Shown: piece by piece, positions 39,347 through 51,900 of the stretch
How positions within the stretch are numbered: position 1 is the first letter of the stretch
Layout: every line of letters starts with the position of its first letter
NCBI GenBank assembly: GCA_036172245.1
Contig: JAYWIR010000064.1
Location: 62,001-126,000 of the forward strand
DNA length: 64,000 bases
Source: Raillietiella orientalis
Taxonomy: Eukaryota
Reading direction: 5' to 3'
The notes under the pieces: generated by a model
Told to the model about the DNA's origin: nothing
Database searches by the model: none
Seen by the model: the letters and a program-made list of their open reading frames with translations, nothing else
Program-made: the position numbers and the translations under genes

Positions 39347-42300
39347 ACCATACGGAATAGTTGGTTTGAGCTCAGGAACAATAAGAAAGCTCTCCGTACA
39401 CTTCTGTTACAATGTCAGCAGTCTAAAGTATCCAATATTTTTACTTGCTTCTACACTGTGGTAAGCCGTGAATAAGAATCTTTTAGACGGTAAGAGTACC
39501 AATTGTGGAAGGTAGCATTTGTGTACTGAAAGACAGCTGGAAAATGAAATTGATTTCCATTTTCTGTTTCTGCCAGCCGTAATTCTATTTGCAATTAACA
39601 GTGACTTCATAAGTGATGATCATAGGAGCACCTGTTGCTTGCTTTTCTTATGATTCTGGAATTTGCTGATAATCGTGGAACGACCTTTGATCGCTTCCGG
39701 ATGGTAACTGCGGATCGTGTTGAGATCTCACTTCAAGGTATCGAGACAGAGTTGTAAGAATGCTTGGTACCATCATCTGTGATGAAGATTTCAATGGGAC
39801 GCTGGTCATGATTTTCGTATACAGATCGACTTCTGGATGGAGTACACGAGCAAGGATGGATGCAACAAAAAGACAGCTGATGGCTGAAATTCAACAGCTT
39901 GTGCAATCCGGAACTCATTTTGAATGTCTCTTAAATGGCGGAAAGTGCGCTCTACGGTTCTAGTGTTCCCTAGGAAACCAACTCTCGAACTACGTTGCTC
40001 AGTCCTTGCGCGTTGATATTTCTGGGAAGACCTCTTCGCAGAATGTTTGCGGTGGCGGTTTACGAAGTGGAAAATTCCGAGGGTATCCCTTCATCATTTA
40101 CTGCATTGTAAAAAGATATCCATTCATGGTTCATGGTGTTGGTTCAGATTTAGAAGTACCGTGATTCAAGAATAACGGGCAAGAAATCTCTCAGGCGGTG
40201 AATCCAGCAGATATTCGAAAGTGCCATTAATCAGGCGTCAGCTCATTCATCCTCGAATCAAGTTCTTACCGGCAACGCTACGGTGCTTCATACTCAGAGG
40301 GATAATTTAATGTTTTGCCTTCTTACCTCGACCAGCTCGACTTTTTTCTGGAAGAACTAGGAAGCCTCTAGAAATAGCATAGAATGTGAACTTCACTATC
40401 CCAGAAAGGTAAATAGAGATCCACTTCCTGCTCGTGATTTCTGTTCCTTTAGCGCCAAGTTGGATGCACGTCATCTAGACGGAGATATTTTCATCCCCCA
40501 TCATGCTTTGTCTGGGTGAAGCTCAACAGGAGCAGCATTTTCGCTTTCTTCAAAATCGCGGGCACTTCATCCTACGTAGAAGTCACCGGGCAGCAAGCTG
40601 TACTTCGCCTCTTAGAGTTGAAGAATCCCTCCTTCGTTCTTCTGCTGTTGCAAAGCCATGGAAAATTCATAACCAGAATCCGCTTCCCCACCGACCCAAC
40701 CCAACAACCTTCGAAAGTGCACCTTCGATGCAAAATCAAAGCTTGCAGATTCCGGGGAAAGTTTTATCGCTTGCATGTCTGTTGATGCTAGAAGGATTTT
40801 AAACTCGAGAAGCTTTGGGGAAGACAAAACTCATATCACATGTAATGATTCAGAGAACCTGGCGTTCTTAAACAAGAGACAGACACCAGTCTAATATCTA
40901 GTATTAGTTTCATTCATTCATTCATTTTTTTTTTTTATAAATGCAACCAAATCATGCCAGTTTCCCGATCCCCCAGTTTTGCTGAAGAAATCAGTAGGAG
41001 CACGTAAAGCTGGAATGCTTGATTTTGCGTGTTGAAATCAGCAACGTGCACACACCTTTGCAGCTCAGCTTGCAATTACATCCAATCCCTGCTGTGAGGG
41101 CACAGCCACGCACGTACTTTCGGGAAGTCCACCTCGAATTGTCAATGACATGGACGCGAGACTTCATACCAATGAGGCAGGCGGAGAGTTCAACTTTTGG
41201 AGCAGCAGCTAATTACTGGAGCCGGCAGCTGGAAAAGCATCATAATTCGCATAATTTCTCCTGCTTCTATATTCAATCCGGCCAGATGATGATGAGTGCT
41301 GGTTTTTATTCGGGGAGAAAAATGGCCCGTTTCGGTTCGTTCCTTGTGCATGTTGGTTATTCAAGGAGCGCAACAAGCTAAGTGCAGCCATTTCTCATCC
41401 TAATGTTCACGCATTCTTCATTGTGACCGCTTGGTGCTCCAGAAACTGAGTTGGACACCGCCTTCGGTGAGAGGGATGTTTTCATGCGGAAGGTGTCGCA
41501 ACGCTTTCTTCTTTCGTCTCCTTAAAAGGTCTAACCATGAACTCTGCAAGTACGGTACAATGCTGTAAAATACTGGGAGCATTGGAGAAACCCTTTGCGC
41601 AGTATCTTCGAGTGTTTAGATGGGTCAAGGTGTTGTTTTTTTTTTTTTTATTTTTTGGCCCGACATTCTTATGATCCGATCGATGCATACAAAACAACGA
41701 GCTTTGGTTCCAGTCTCCGTTGACAAGGTCACGGAAGAAGTATACAGAAAGATGAAAGGGGCTGCAGGGACACCTTGCAGCGAGTTACAATGATTCAGCT
41801 TTGCTTTTTGAGACAGTAAGAAAAAAATGACGTTCGAGTTTCATAATCTCGATGATGACTATTTGTTGGTTGTAACGCTGCTGGAGTGAACATTCGTCAT
41901 CTCTGGTTTCTGAGTCTTGCTTCGATTCGATTCGAAGGTCCGCAGGATACTTGGTTTGGCCATGTCGATTTTCGTTGCGGAAAACGCAGCCTTCAGTTGC
42001 TGCTTGCTGGTTAAGCACCGAATTTATCCAGAGTTCAGAAAGTGGAACGGTTTGCGTGTTGAGGTGCTTTTTCTCATGTGCTGAACGCACTCAAAACTTC
42101 GAAAGCTGTCCCACACGTCCGCTGGATATCTCGCTGCACCGATTGCACTGATACTGAGAACAAAAAGATGTGTGCTTAAGGGGAAAAAAACATCTCCTGG
42201 GAAAACGCTATGCCTCGAAAAAATGACGTTAAAATTTTATGAAAATCTTTTGCGATCGCTGCTCAGGATGTTGGTCAGCATATAAGGAATACTTCTCTGC

Positions 42301-42999
42301 GATTAGCTCTGGCTCTGCTACGCTTGTGAACATAGACTTCGGGCTACCACTTCAAATGCGCCTAGGGGAGGTTAAGTCCTTGGGATGTTTGCTTTGCCCG
42401 CCTGACCTCTTCCACTTCGACGAGAGCCAGCTACCCCGAGGGAAACTTGGGAGGGAACCAACAGCTGCTAGATGGTTCGATAAGTCTTTCTCTCCCGTAC
42501 CCAGCTCTTAGAGCGGTTTGCACGTTAGGATCGCGACCTCCACCAGAGTTTCCTGTGATGCTTCATCCTGGCCAGGCATAGTTCGCCATCTTTCGGATCC
42601 CAGCGTACGCGCTACGGGCGCGCTCCGACGGCGATCGAGCGTTACGGGACGTCCCGGGACTGCTCCGCGCTCCGCCCTCGAGGGCAGCGAACGACCCAGT
42701 GGTAGGAACGCGCCCTCGAATCGTTACAGACGCGCCCTGCGGACTGGAAAGGGCAAAACGCCGAATCTGCGTCCGCGAGTGGGGCTCGCCCGTCTGCCTC
42801 GTGATCGAACGGGGCGAGCGTCGCCGCGGACCGATCTTTGAGGAAGGCGGCAGAGGCGGGCGGGCGCCGTCCTGGGGACGGACGCGGCCCGAAGACACCC
42901 CACCCGTGGCACCTCTCGGAACGCATGAGTCAGCGGTCGCCATCCCTGAGGCGGCGAACGGTCGGGTGCTCGTTCGTTTGCAGCGTTCTCTACAGGGGA

Positions 43000-43900
43000 G
43001 AAATGGCGCCACGCCTCTGACTACTTCCGAAGTTTCCGAAAGCAGGGTGAGAGCCTACGCGCATCGTTGGCTCGAACAGCTGGAGCGCGCCGAATTCCAC
43101 GCGCATGCATGGCGATGCCGAGTGAACCATCGTTTCTCTTGCTTGGAGCTTCGCCCTGAAGAGGCATGCAAACACCACTGGCATCGCGCTGTAAGGCACA
43201 GCTGGCTGAGAAAGCGGCTGATTTTTTTGCTCCATCTCATGAAGGAGGTTTGGGATGGTATTCTTGCTACGCAGCAGGGCAATTCGCGTTCTGCTAAGGA
43301 AGTGGTCGCTCAGGCTTGCTTGCACGAGGTTCCTCTGGAAGCGTAGGATCGCATAGTTGCGCCACGAAGCCGCGTCGTCGTTCAAGAGTTACCTCGTTGA
43401 ACTGTGCACACGCAAGAACATCCATTCTTTGCTCCTCCGAAATGGAGAACGCCCCGAGAGTGCTCAGCGGACAGTCCCGTGATACGCAGTGCCTCTTCTC
43501 CGTCATAAGGATCCTTCTCGGCATGTACGATTTTCGGTTAGGGGCTTCTGGGAACGCTGGTGTATGCTGGCTTTGAAGGTCCCGACCTTGCTAGCACTCT
43601 GCTCTATGAACGCTTTGCGCTCTCAGAGGGATACTCGTTGCAAACGAGTGCGCTGCTCCGATGTCGTGTGTCCAGGATGTCCTTCGTGGGATCCTGCGTC
43701 ACCCTCTCCCTCCCCCCTTCCCCCAAACTTGTCTCACTTCCCCAATTGCTGGTGTTTCGGTTCCTGCTGCCTTACGCCGACTGCCGGCACCATCCGTTTC
43801 TTCATCCTTCCCTCGAATCTTTCGGCTTCCTAAGCGCATTCCGACCCATGCACTCTCTCTAAAATCGGTTTCCTCCATGTTCTTCATTCGGCCTCTGGAG
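43000..43900 (+). mobile_element. Possible highly diverged LINE C-terminus and 3' UTR
   Basis: DVLRGILRHP followed by a C/T-rich tract resembles family ends (ELSGILQRM + cccttccc). Weak. Confidence 0.25.
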
Positions 43901-44799
43901 TGAGCTGCAAAGTGACATTGAGGATTGCTCTCCAAAAGCCATCGTGGCCATCACCATGAACCATCTCGGCGGATTCAGCTCCTTCTTGCACGTTGCTGCA
44001 AGATCCACTGCCCGAGTGCAGTGGTTCTGAAACATTTAGCACATCAGTCTGCTTTTCGTGGACGGGTACAGTAGAAATTCTTTTTTGTGTTTTTCTCTTT
44101 TTTCTTTTTCTTTTCCCTAGTTAAACACACAGTGTTTTATTGGTGGAAATGGATTTATTGGATACGGTCTGTTTACGAGACCATAGTGGTGCAATAGGGA
44201 GCTATTCCTATTGGTGTATAGCTGCCAAGAGCCATACATCAGTAAGAGCTGCTGACTTTATCACTATTCAAGACCGGCTGCCTGAATTCATTATCTGGGC
44301 ATTCATTGATTCATTGCTCCCTTTTAGCAGCCATAATTGTTGAAGATTGACACGGACACTAAAGATCGGCGATCCACGTCAAGAGCCTCCATCCTGCGGG
44401 ATTCCCAGGGTTCACATTAAAGCAATCCACCTCGATCATACTCAAGCTTGCTGCGTGTTTCCTGTACTCACAGATTCAACTGAGCCATTCGATCTGCTAC
44501 TTTCTAGAATCCAACAATTCTTCCCGTCGGAAATTCATGAGAATACGTTGTCTGCAAGAGGACGGGGGTGGGACGAAGTCCTCGGATGCCAGCATGTGGT
44601 GGTGGGGGGGGAAGAAGGGAGGGGAGTTATTGGAAAATGCGTTGCAACACGGTGATGCTTCCTCGTCCAGTCTTCGCGCATCGTTCCACATTTCCTTGGC
44701 AAAATCCCTTGCATTGCCTCAGTGACACATCGTGCGCAACGATAGGCTGGATAGGGACAGGCAAGTTTGGAAGCGGATTCAAGCCCCAACTTCGACCCT

Positions 44800-46250
44800 A
44801 TCCCTTTCCTCGAGAGGACGTCTACCCGGCAAATGCGATCTGCGAGTGATGGCCAAGGTGGTAGGCTACGGACATTCCTCCCATGCTTCAAAGCAGAGGT
44901 GCATTCTCTGCACAGGAGAACGTAAAAGAAGTGCGGAAGGATACCTTCGTGTTCTCGCTGGTACACCCATCTGCAGACTGCTTGCCGGGACCTACTGCAC
45001 TGGAGCGCAGCGAGGGAATCTGTTTAGGCTTTTTCCGTAGAACCCAAGCATCTGCTTTTCTAAGGACGTTTGGTTGTTTCCTGGTTCTTCTCCGGGCACT
45101 ATTTCTGGGGAGGTGCTTTCCTCTGCAGCTTGACTGCCAGAGCGCCGCTTTCGGAACGGCCGGCAGTAGGGACGCCAAGTGGATTCTGATTGCCTGTCAC
45201 GGAATGCAGAGGGGAATCGACAGAAGTGTTGCTCACATCAGCACTGGTGTCAGGCGACGATTGCAGTGATGATGCTGCTGCTGAGAACGTTTAGAGCTCC
45301 GTACCAACAATGACAGAAACAGTAAAGAAGACAGCAAGGGCTCAAGAAAGAGGAAGTGGCAAGAGAGGTGATGATACGCCTCTATAGGTCTCCGAGCGAC
45401 AGCTGCTGGTCACCGTGGAAAAAGACCTGTAGGAACTCTGCAGCCTCTCTGAAGAAGGTGAAGAACCGATTAAGAGACGCCTTCTGTGTGAGATGTCCTG
45501 GATCTTGGAGAGATCTCGGAAGAATGAAGCAGGGAACGATGCACAAGCCTTTAAAAAGTTACAAACTGGATCAATTCGAAGAGCGAAATCGCCGTTGGCG
45601 ATGGCTGCGCCTCCCAGAGGGAGGAGAACAGAGAGAAAGATCAAGTTCGATGGAACTATGTCCCGGAGCGGGGTTCATCACCCTCCAGGACAGTCTTCCT
45701 CCCTTCACTTGTCCACGGAGCTGTTTTGCTTCTCTTGGACTACAAGCTGAAGGCTGCGGACCTCACTTTCTCATGCCATTTTTATTTCTGAACTCTTTTC
45801 CCAATAGTTTTACATCACAACGCATCGAAGCCTCCCTTCCGAGCGAGATCAGTAGCTTAGCCTTCCATTTCCCAGCGCGCCAAGTTCCTCTTACCGAGGC
45901 GTGGGATGAACGGTGCTTTTTTCCCGCCGAATTCCTCTATCGAGCACAAGAGGGTTCGCCGATGAGTGCACGGACAAGGAGTGAATCAGCCAACCTTTTC
46001 CCGTCTCCAGAAGCCACGCATTACTTCTGGCAGCTTCCGATCTTTTCTTCCTGATCCAGAGATGGCCTGAGTTCCTGCACTCCCTGCCTTCTTCAAGTTC
46101 CTCCTCATCTGGGTGTTCCCTGTGCAGGAAGCGGGCAGCGGACCTCCCAAAGAACGCGTTCACCGACGAGGACTTCTCCCGCTGCCCGTGGCGGTAGAAG
46201 TCAGGTGCTGCCCTTTCCCTTTCGGGAGCTTTTTGGGATGCCAGGGGATG
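44800..46250 (+). mobile_element. Possible degenerate L1-like linker and RT N-terminal remnant
   Basis: ILERSRKNEAGNDAQAF (~RSRxxWxxEGEK linker) and SEISSLAF..FPAEFLY (~EI..DGxPAEFY). Confidence 0.35.
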
Positions 46251-49200
46251 TGGAAAACTGGAGGGAAGGTTCTTTGCTCCCTACTTACGCGGTGGCTCTG
46301 CATTCGTGAAGTGTCGACCCGGATCCACCAAAGAGAGGTCCTGGTACGGTCGACTACTCCCCAGATCGTAGCGTCCCACCCTCGGGAAGGGGATGAGCGT
46401 TTGCCTCTTGTGTTGCTCTCCTGAAACGGGAATCAGAGAACTCTCGGGGCGCCGCGCGCCGGTTTTTGCCCAGAGGGCGGACAACGCGTCGCGCGGTCAC
46501 CAACAGGAGGTGGGGATAGTGAGGGGGGGGGGGAGACGGGTCATGGAATCGAATTCCCAGCCTATAGAGGCTGCCAGAACTCAGGGATGGAAGAAAAGGC
46601 AGCGGCGACGGTCCTGTGCTTGCGGTGCGCACCAGACCGCAGGTGGAAGCCGAAGGATGGTGCCGGAACGGGAAGGGGGTAGGAAGGGAGAGAGCGCAGG
46701 CAGACAGGCGATTCTTCTTCCCCTCCAGGAGTACAAGACAAAGAAGAATAAAGTAAAAGAGAGAGAAAAAAGGGATGTACCTCCACACTGGAGCCCGCAA
46801 GCGACCCACATCAGGATGGCGGCACACAGGCGGCTACCCATGGCGTCGTCGTCAGGAGTAACGCAGCACCCTTCAGCTCGCGGCTCGGAGCGATGTCATC
46901 GGATGCTTGGTGCGTCGCGCGCTGGACCGCGGTCGAGGATGCTGCGGCGTCTGCGTTTTTCTCGGAGCTCCAGGGAAGAGCGCGCCCGGCGGCTCGGTCC
47001 TGGGCGCATGCTCCCTTTCCCTTCCCCCTCCTACTCCTACTCCCCGCTCCGTGCTGTCTTGGGAAAGATTTCCCGCTTTCCCAGCCGAAAACGGTGAGCG
47101 GATGGATCCCTCCGTGGCGAAGGGGGGTCCATTTGTTCTCACTGGAATATAGGGGGCGGAAGGGGGGGAGGGGAGGAAGAGGAGACGGGTGGCGCTCCTC
47201 GGTCTTTCAATCCCCGGCTCTCATCCCGCCAGAGCTGGGCGCACGCAGCCGCTCCCTCCATGGCGGTCGCTCATCCCGGAAAAACCCTGTCGCGGAGATG
47301 GATGGCCGGTTGGCCTGGAGACGGGGCGCTTAATCAGAAGCAACAAGTTAATAAGAGGCCATAGATTTTTTTTCCTTCCTCCTCCACCCCCCTCCTCTTC
47401 CCGGAGGGATATTGAGAGATCGCGGTCTCGTTCCCGCCGCGAGGTTCCGATGGAAGGGGGGGAGCAGAAGGGGGAGAGGGATGAGCAGCGAGACGAGGTC
47501 CTCCCGAGGCTCCAGGGGGTGCAATCTCCTTGCTCGCGTTCCTCCCTTCTTTCCTCTGTCCCGCGTCCTTTCGAGATGCGATGGTTCCTCCCTTCTCCGT
47601 CAGTCGGAGATCCTCCCGGTGTGATCCTGCCTGGCTTCTTTCCGAGGCGCATGGGGGGTGGGCGGGGCGAGCTCCCTGGGAATCGGGAAACGTCGCACTT
47701 GGCTTTCCTCGCACTTGCGGGGGTGGTTCCCCTCGAACCTTCCTTCCCCTCAGGGAAGGTTCCGGAACGAAGGGAGGTCAGGGACTCTCCCAGTAGCTGC
47801 TGCTGTTTCTTGCGCCGCCGGGCCGATCTCGAGGCGGCCGGTGGTCTGCATGGCCGTGGGATGCTCGCAGGAGAGACGCCGGAGGCAGGCGGGAGAGGAC
47901 CCGCCTTCCAGTCGGAGGAGTGACGGGAAAGCTGCGAGACTCCGTTCCAGGGAGATGCCGAGGATTCGCTGCTGCCCCTGCCCGGCGCGGGCAATGGCGC
48001 GGCGCATAAATTTTAATCTTCTACCTCTTCCTCCAGCGCTCTCCCGGCTGATCCTCGGCCGCGTGTCCTGGCGTCTCTCAATCTTCGTCCCGGCTTCCCA
48101 GCTACTCCCACTCGTTCGTCCCCCCGTCGGCGCGCACGCTTTCCCCTCTGCCGCTGCGGCATCCGGCTGCATGCGTCCGCATGCAAAATGTCCGCCGCAA
48201 CCTCTCCAGCAGGAGTCAAGAGTCTTCCCCGCCGGGGGGAGACCACCCGGGTGCGTATGCACATTCTCCTTCCTCTAAGGTTCCAACTAGGAGACGGAAG
48301 CTGGAACCGAGAAGAAAAGCAAGAAAGGAAAAAAAAGAACACTTCTCTCTCTAGGATTGCGAAGCTGTCCTTTGGGAGTGGTGGCGCTGCAGGTCTCCCG
48401 CGGGGTGTTTCCTAGGAAATCCTCCCGAAAATGCACCTCCCTCCGAGCTCGGACTTCTCGGAGAATCTTCGAAATGCTTCCATGGAGACCCGCTGTGTTG
48501 GGACCTTGGGGAGCCCGATCATGGAGCGGACCTACTGTCAGGAAGATATCGATCGCTCAAGTGATGAGCGTCTTTGACCCGTCACTCCTGGAGGAGTGAG
48601 ATGGAGGAAGGGGAGAAAGGAATGTATACCCTTTGCGGGTCGACGGTGACCCTGCTCCGCACGTGCTGCTAGAAGGCTGCAGAGGCTGCAGCAGGGATGG
48701 AGGGGTCACCGCAGAGGGTCGCTCCAGCTCCGCGCGATGGCCAGCCCACAGGAGCTCACCATGCGAGCGCTCGCCCTCTCCGAGCTGACTTGGTGTCCAC
48801 TGAGATAATGTCCTATCCAGCTGGTTCGATGAAACCAGGAAACTCAAGCGCCGGATGGAATGTTGCTCTCTTTGTGGAACTCCGGAAGCATTCCCTTCTC
48901 CCTTTCAGCCGATGTCGGTCTCTTTGAGAGGATGCAGCTTAGGCAACACCCTTCTGCCTTGGAATGGAGCCTTCTGCCTCAGCTGCCTTGATCGGAGGCT
49001 GAAATCGAAGAAAGGGGCGATCAAAGGCACCAGTGGAGCTGAGGAAGGAAGGGAGAAGGGGAATTGATTGAGGACGTAGTGAGTTGGGTCCAGTGGAGCT
49101 GCTTTGCCATGACCCATCCTCCCCCTCATGTGTGAACTGTTCCCTTGCTGCATGCATTCCAGAAGTAACGTCGCTACGCTGAACTCCACGAACACTACGT

Positions 49201-49639
49201 GTTGGTCTCTTGCCGTGTCTGGAGCGACCACTGGGGCGTGGTTTGTGATTGAGGTTAACACCCGGGGAAGACAGATGTTTCCTGGTCGCGGGGTCGGTTT
49301 CTGAGGAAGGAGCGAGGTTGCTTCGAACCAGGTCATTGTGGGAACTAAAAGGATTGTGATCCTGGATGCGCCGCGTACACTTGAAGATGGAGAGGCCATA
49401 TTCAAGATATTCCGAGAAAGATGAAGATAATAGGCGCACCGAAGTGGAAGGACAAGCGAACAGCCCGAGAAGAGAAAGTGAAGATCCGTATGCTTTCGGT
49501 TTGATCATTGGGAGCTCGGAATTTTAAGAACTATGAAAGATCTTAGCTCCCTACGACTTCATGTGGAGAAGATGAGGTACCTGACGATGTTTCCCCCTCC
49601 TTGGAACACGCTGAATTCATGGCATGTCTTGGGATCATT

Positions 49640-50386
49640 ACTGTGGCATTGTGTGTGTCCCTCCACCAGGCCTGGAAGGAGATGGCTGTTGTGCAAGCAG
49701 CAGGATCCGCGTGGTGAAGAGGGTGATGGCCACGGAGAGGAGCACTGCCAGCAAGCTGCTGCACTAGGGTCTCCCGTGCAATGACCTCCAGCTTCACTAG
49801 ACCTGGGGGACTGTAGACCCCAGCTGTTGCAGGTGCAGGGAACGGGAATCCATCTCGCACCTGCTTATAGACGGTGGACTCTGTGGTTGGGTTACGCGAC
49901 AGCCCTTGGTGTATCGACGGACAATCCTAGGGACGCCTCTTCGTGTGCTGTGCCCTTACGCCTGGAGCATCCTTAGCAGATCTTTGCTGCCTACAAGGGA
50001 TTGTGGCGGCCTGGAGCTACGCGAGAGGAGGACGGCACGATAGGAACGCCATCTGCTCCGCCTTGTGCTTCCTGCGGATAGCAGCAAGATGGTCCCACCT
50101 GGAGCATACTTGGATCGAACTTGCTGGCATCCTGGAAAGATGCAGAGAGCTCCCTCCAGAGGACAGTGATCCCTTCCCGTGCTCCCCAGAGTATTTTTTT
50201 TTATTACTGATTTTTATTTTTTTTAATTTTTGGTTGCTCCCTCCCCCTCTGCTGCCGAGGCGAAGCTTGCCGGCCTGTGTGCCGGTTACTCGGCAGGTTC
50301 CAAGCATTTTCGGACAATATAGGGCCGATGGCCCTACACATGTATGTTTATTTTTTATAAACGTCCCGGCGTGACCGCGTGATAAA
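49640..50386 (+). mobile_element. L1/Tx1-like LINE 3' portion
   Basis: LQGIVAAWSYARGGRHDRNAICSALCFLRIAARWSHLEHTWIELAGILER; UTR aligns with ~39140-39346; ends ATAAACGTCCCGGCGTGACCGCGTGATAAA. 5' end approximate. Confidence 0.82.
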
Positions 50387-50688
50387 TCACCAAGCTATCC
50401 TTTGAAGAGAAAAAGAAGAACGTCGTTGAGATTGCCTAGAGCGATTCATCTTTTTTATTTGTTCTACTTGTAAAATTCAAATGATCAAAAGTGCCAGATT
50501 TTGTGGGACGAGATCATCGCGCAGTGGAGAAGAGCTTTCTTTCAAGACTAGTGCGCAGATTAATAGGCAGCTTGAAGTTGGGTGAGTGAAGTATCTTTGA
50601 TGAGTCCAAACTCACTCCCGGCTGAACAGGAAAATAGCAGGATGATCATGAAATTATATACATGATAGGGACAAGAGTGGGAGGGAGG

Positions 50689-50707
50689 GAGAGAGAGAGA
50701 GAGAGAG
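50689..50707. repeat. (GA)9 microsatellite
   Basis: Seen directly. Confidence 0.85.
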
Positions 50708-51199
50708 GCCACCCAAAGACATGGGGCGGAGACTGTTCATGAGACAGAAGTCAACCGATGACACCGTGGGACAAAGTTCCGTTGCTTGAGCTGTGCTAGG
50801 GAAGGGAGAAAAAGACGAAGAGCGATGTCCCATACGGTGGACTCCATTTTAATTCCGAAGAACTTTCTCTTCTCTTTTGTTTCAAAGCCCGAGATGTGAT
50901 TTTCTGGAGGCGAAGTAGCATCCTCAGGAATTATTAAACAGTTTTAAGGAAAGGTGCTTTTATCAAAAGAATTAGAGCAGCATTCATAGAAAGGATCACA
51001 TCTTCGCAAAGAGAGCACATATAGCTGGAATCTCTCTATGGCTTCAGCATCCCAATCCTCACCGCATTTATTAGCATCGGCTCTGATCACTGATCTCTAA
51101 AAGCTGGAGTTCAGTGGATGGGCAGGCATGCGATTCAGTCGTGGCAAACTATTACGATCCTGCTTCAGATGGGGAAGGGAGGAACTAGGAAAACCGAAT

Positions 51200-51900
51200 G
51201 GTCTTCAATTCGGACTCTTGCTGCAAAACAATGGGCATGCAGTCGGAAAGAAAGCGGAACAGGAAGTGAAATATTTTCTTAAAAACAGGTGGGTACAGGG
51301 AAGCGTTCACGCAAGGTCCACCTCAGGGAGAGGTTTGGTTTCACAAGGAGGAGAGATAATAAAGTAATACGAAAAAGAACACATGGAAACCGGAGACGCG
51401 GAATCACTTGGGAAGCGGCCCTCTCAGGATTACTGTCCAGACTTGTGGGCACTTGCCGGCCGCCAGTATCTCCATACTGGCGACCGGCAATGGATGCTGA
51501 ATGCGCCTGCCGAGGTCCTGCTCTAGACGATGGATGCGAATACGTGGAGGGATGTGAGACTAAGGAAAGTGAGAATCCGAAGGTGCACTCGTTCTCATGA
51601 TCATATCTTATCCAGACGAGAGCTTCTACCTATCCCGGGAACGGTTCTTGGGACTCCAAAATCCCCAATATCAGCGCCCGAATTTGCCATCGGGTATCTG
51701 CTTGTGTCACTGACAGGCCGAGATGGAATCGAGCAGTAGCTGATCATCTCTTAATATGGTGTCTTAACAACTGGTCCTCCGCCAGCATTGCAGGGCGACA
51801 CCCAACTGCATCAAGAGGGATGCAGAGTAGAGGACGTGCTGCTTGTCAAGTAGACCAAGGAGGCATCATGTCTAGTGATCTGCAGTCTGGAGCATCTTCC
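51200..51900 (+). mobile_element. Possible CR1/L2-type APE endonuclease remnant
   Basis: GKKAEQEVKYFLKNRW (~GKxRGGGVxxY) followed by LVGTCRPP (~xxxYRPP). Very degenerate. Confidence 0.3.

Noticed and set aside
46350..48350. Long overlapping ORFs (200-257 aa) on both strands
   Set aside because: GC-rich, low-complexity, Arg/Pro/Gly/Ser-rich translations with no recognisable domain; expected from stop-codon scarcity.
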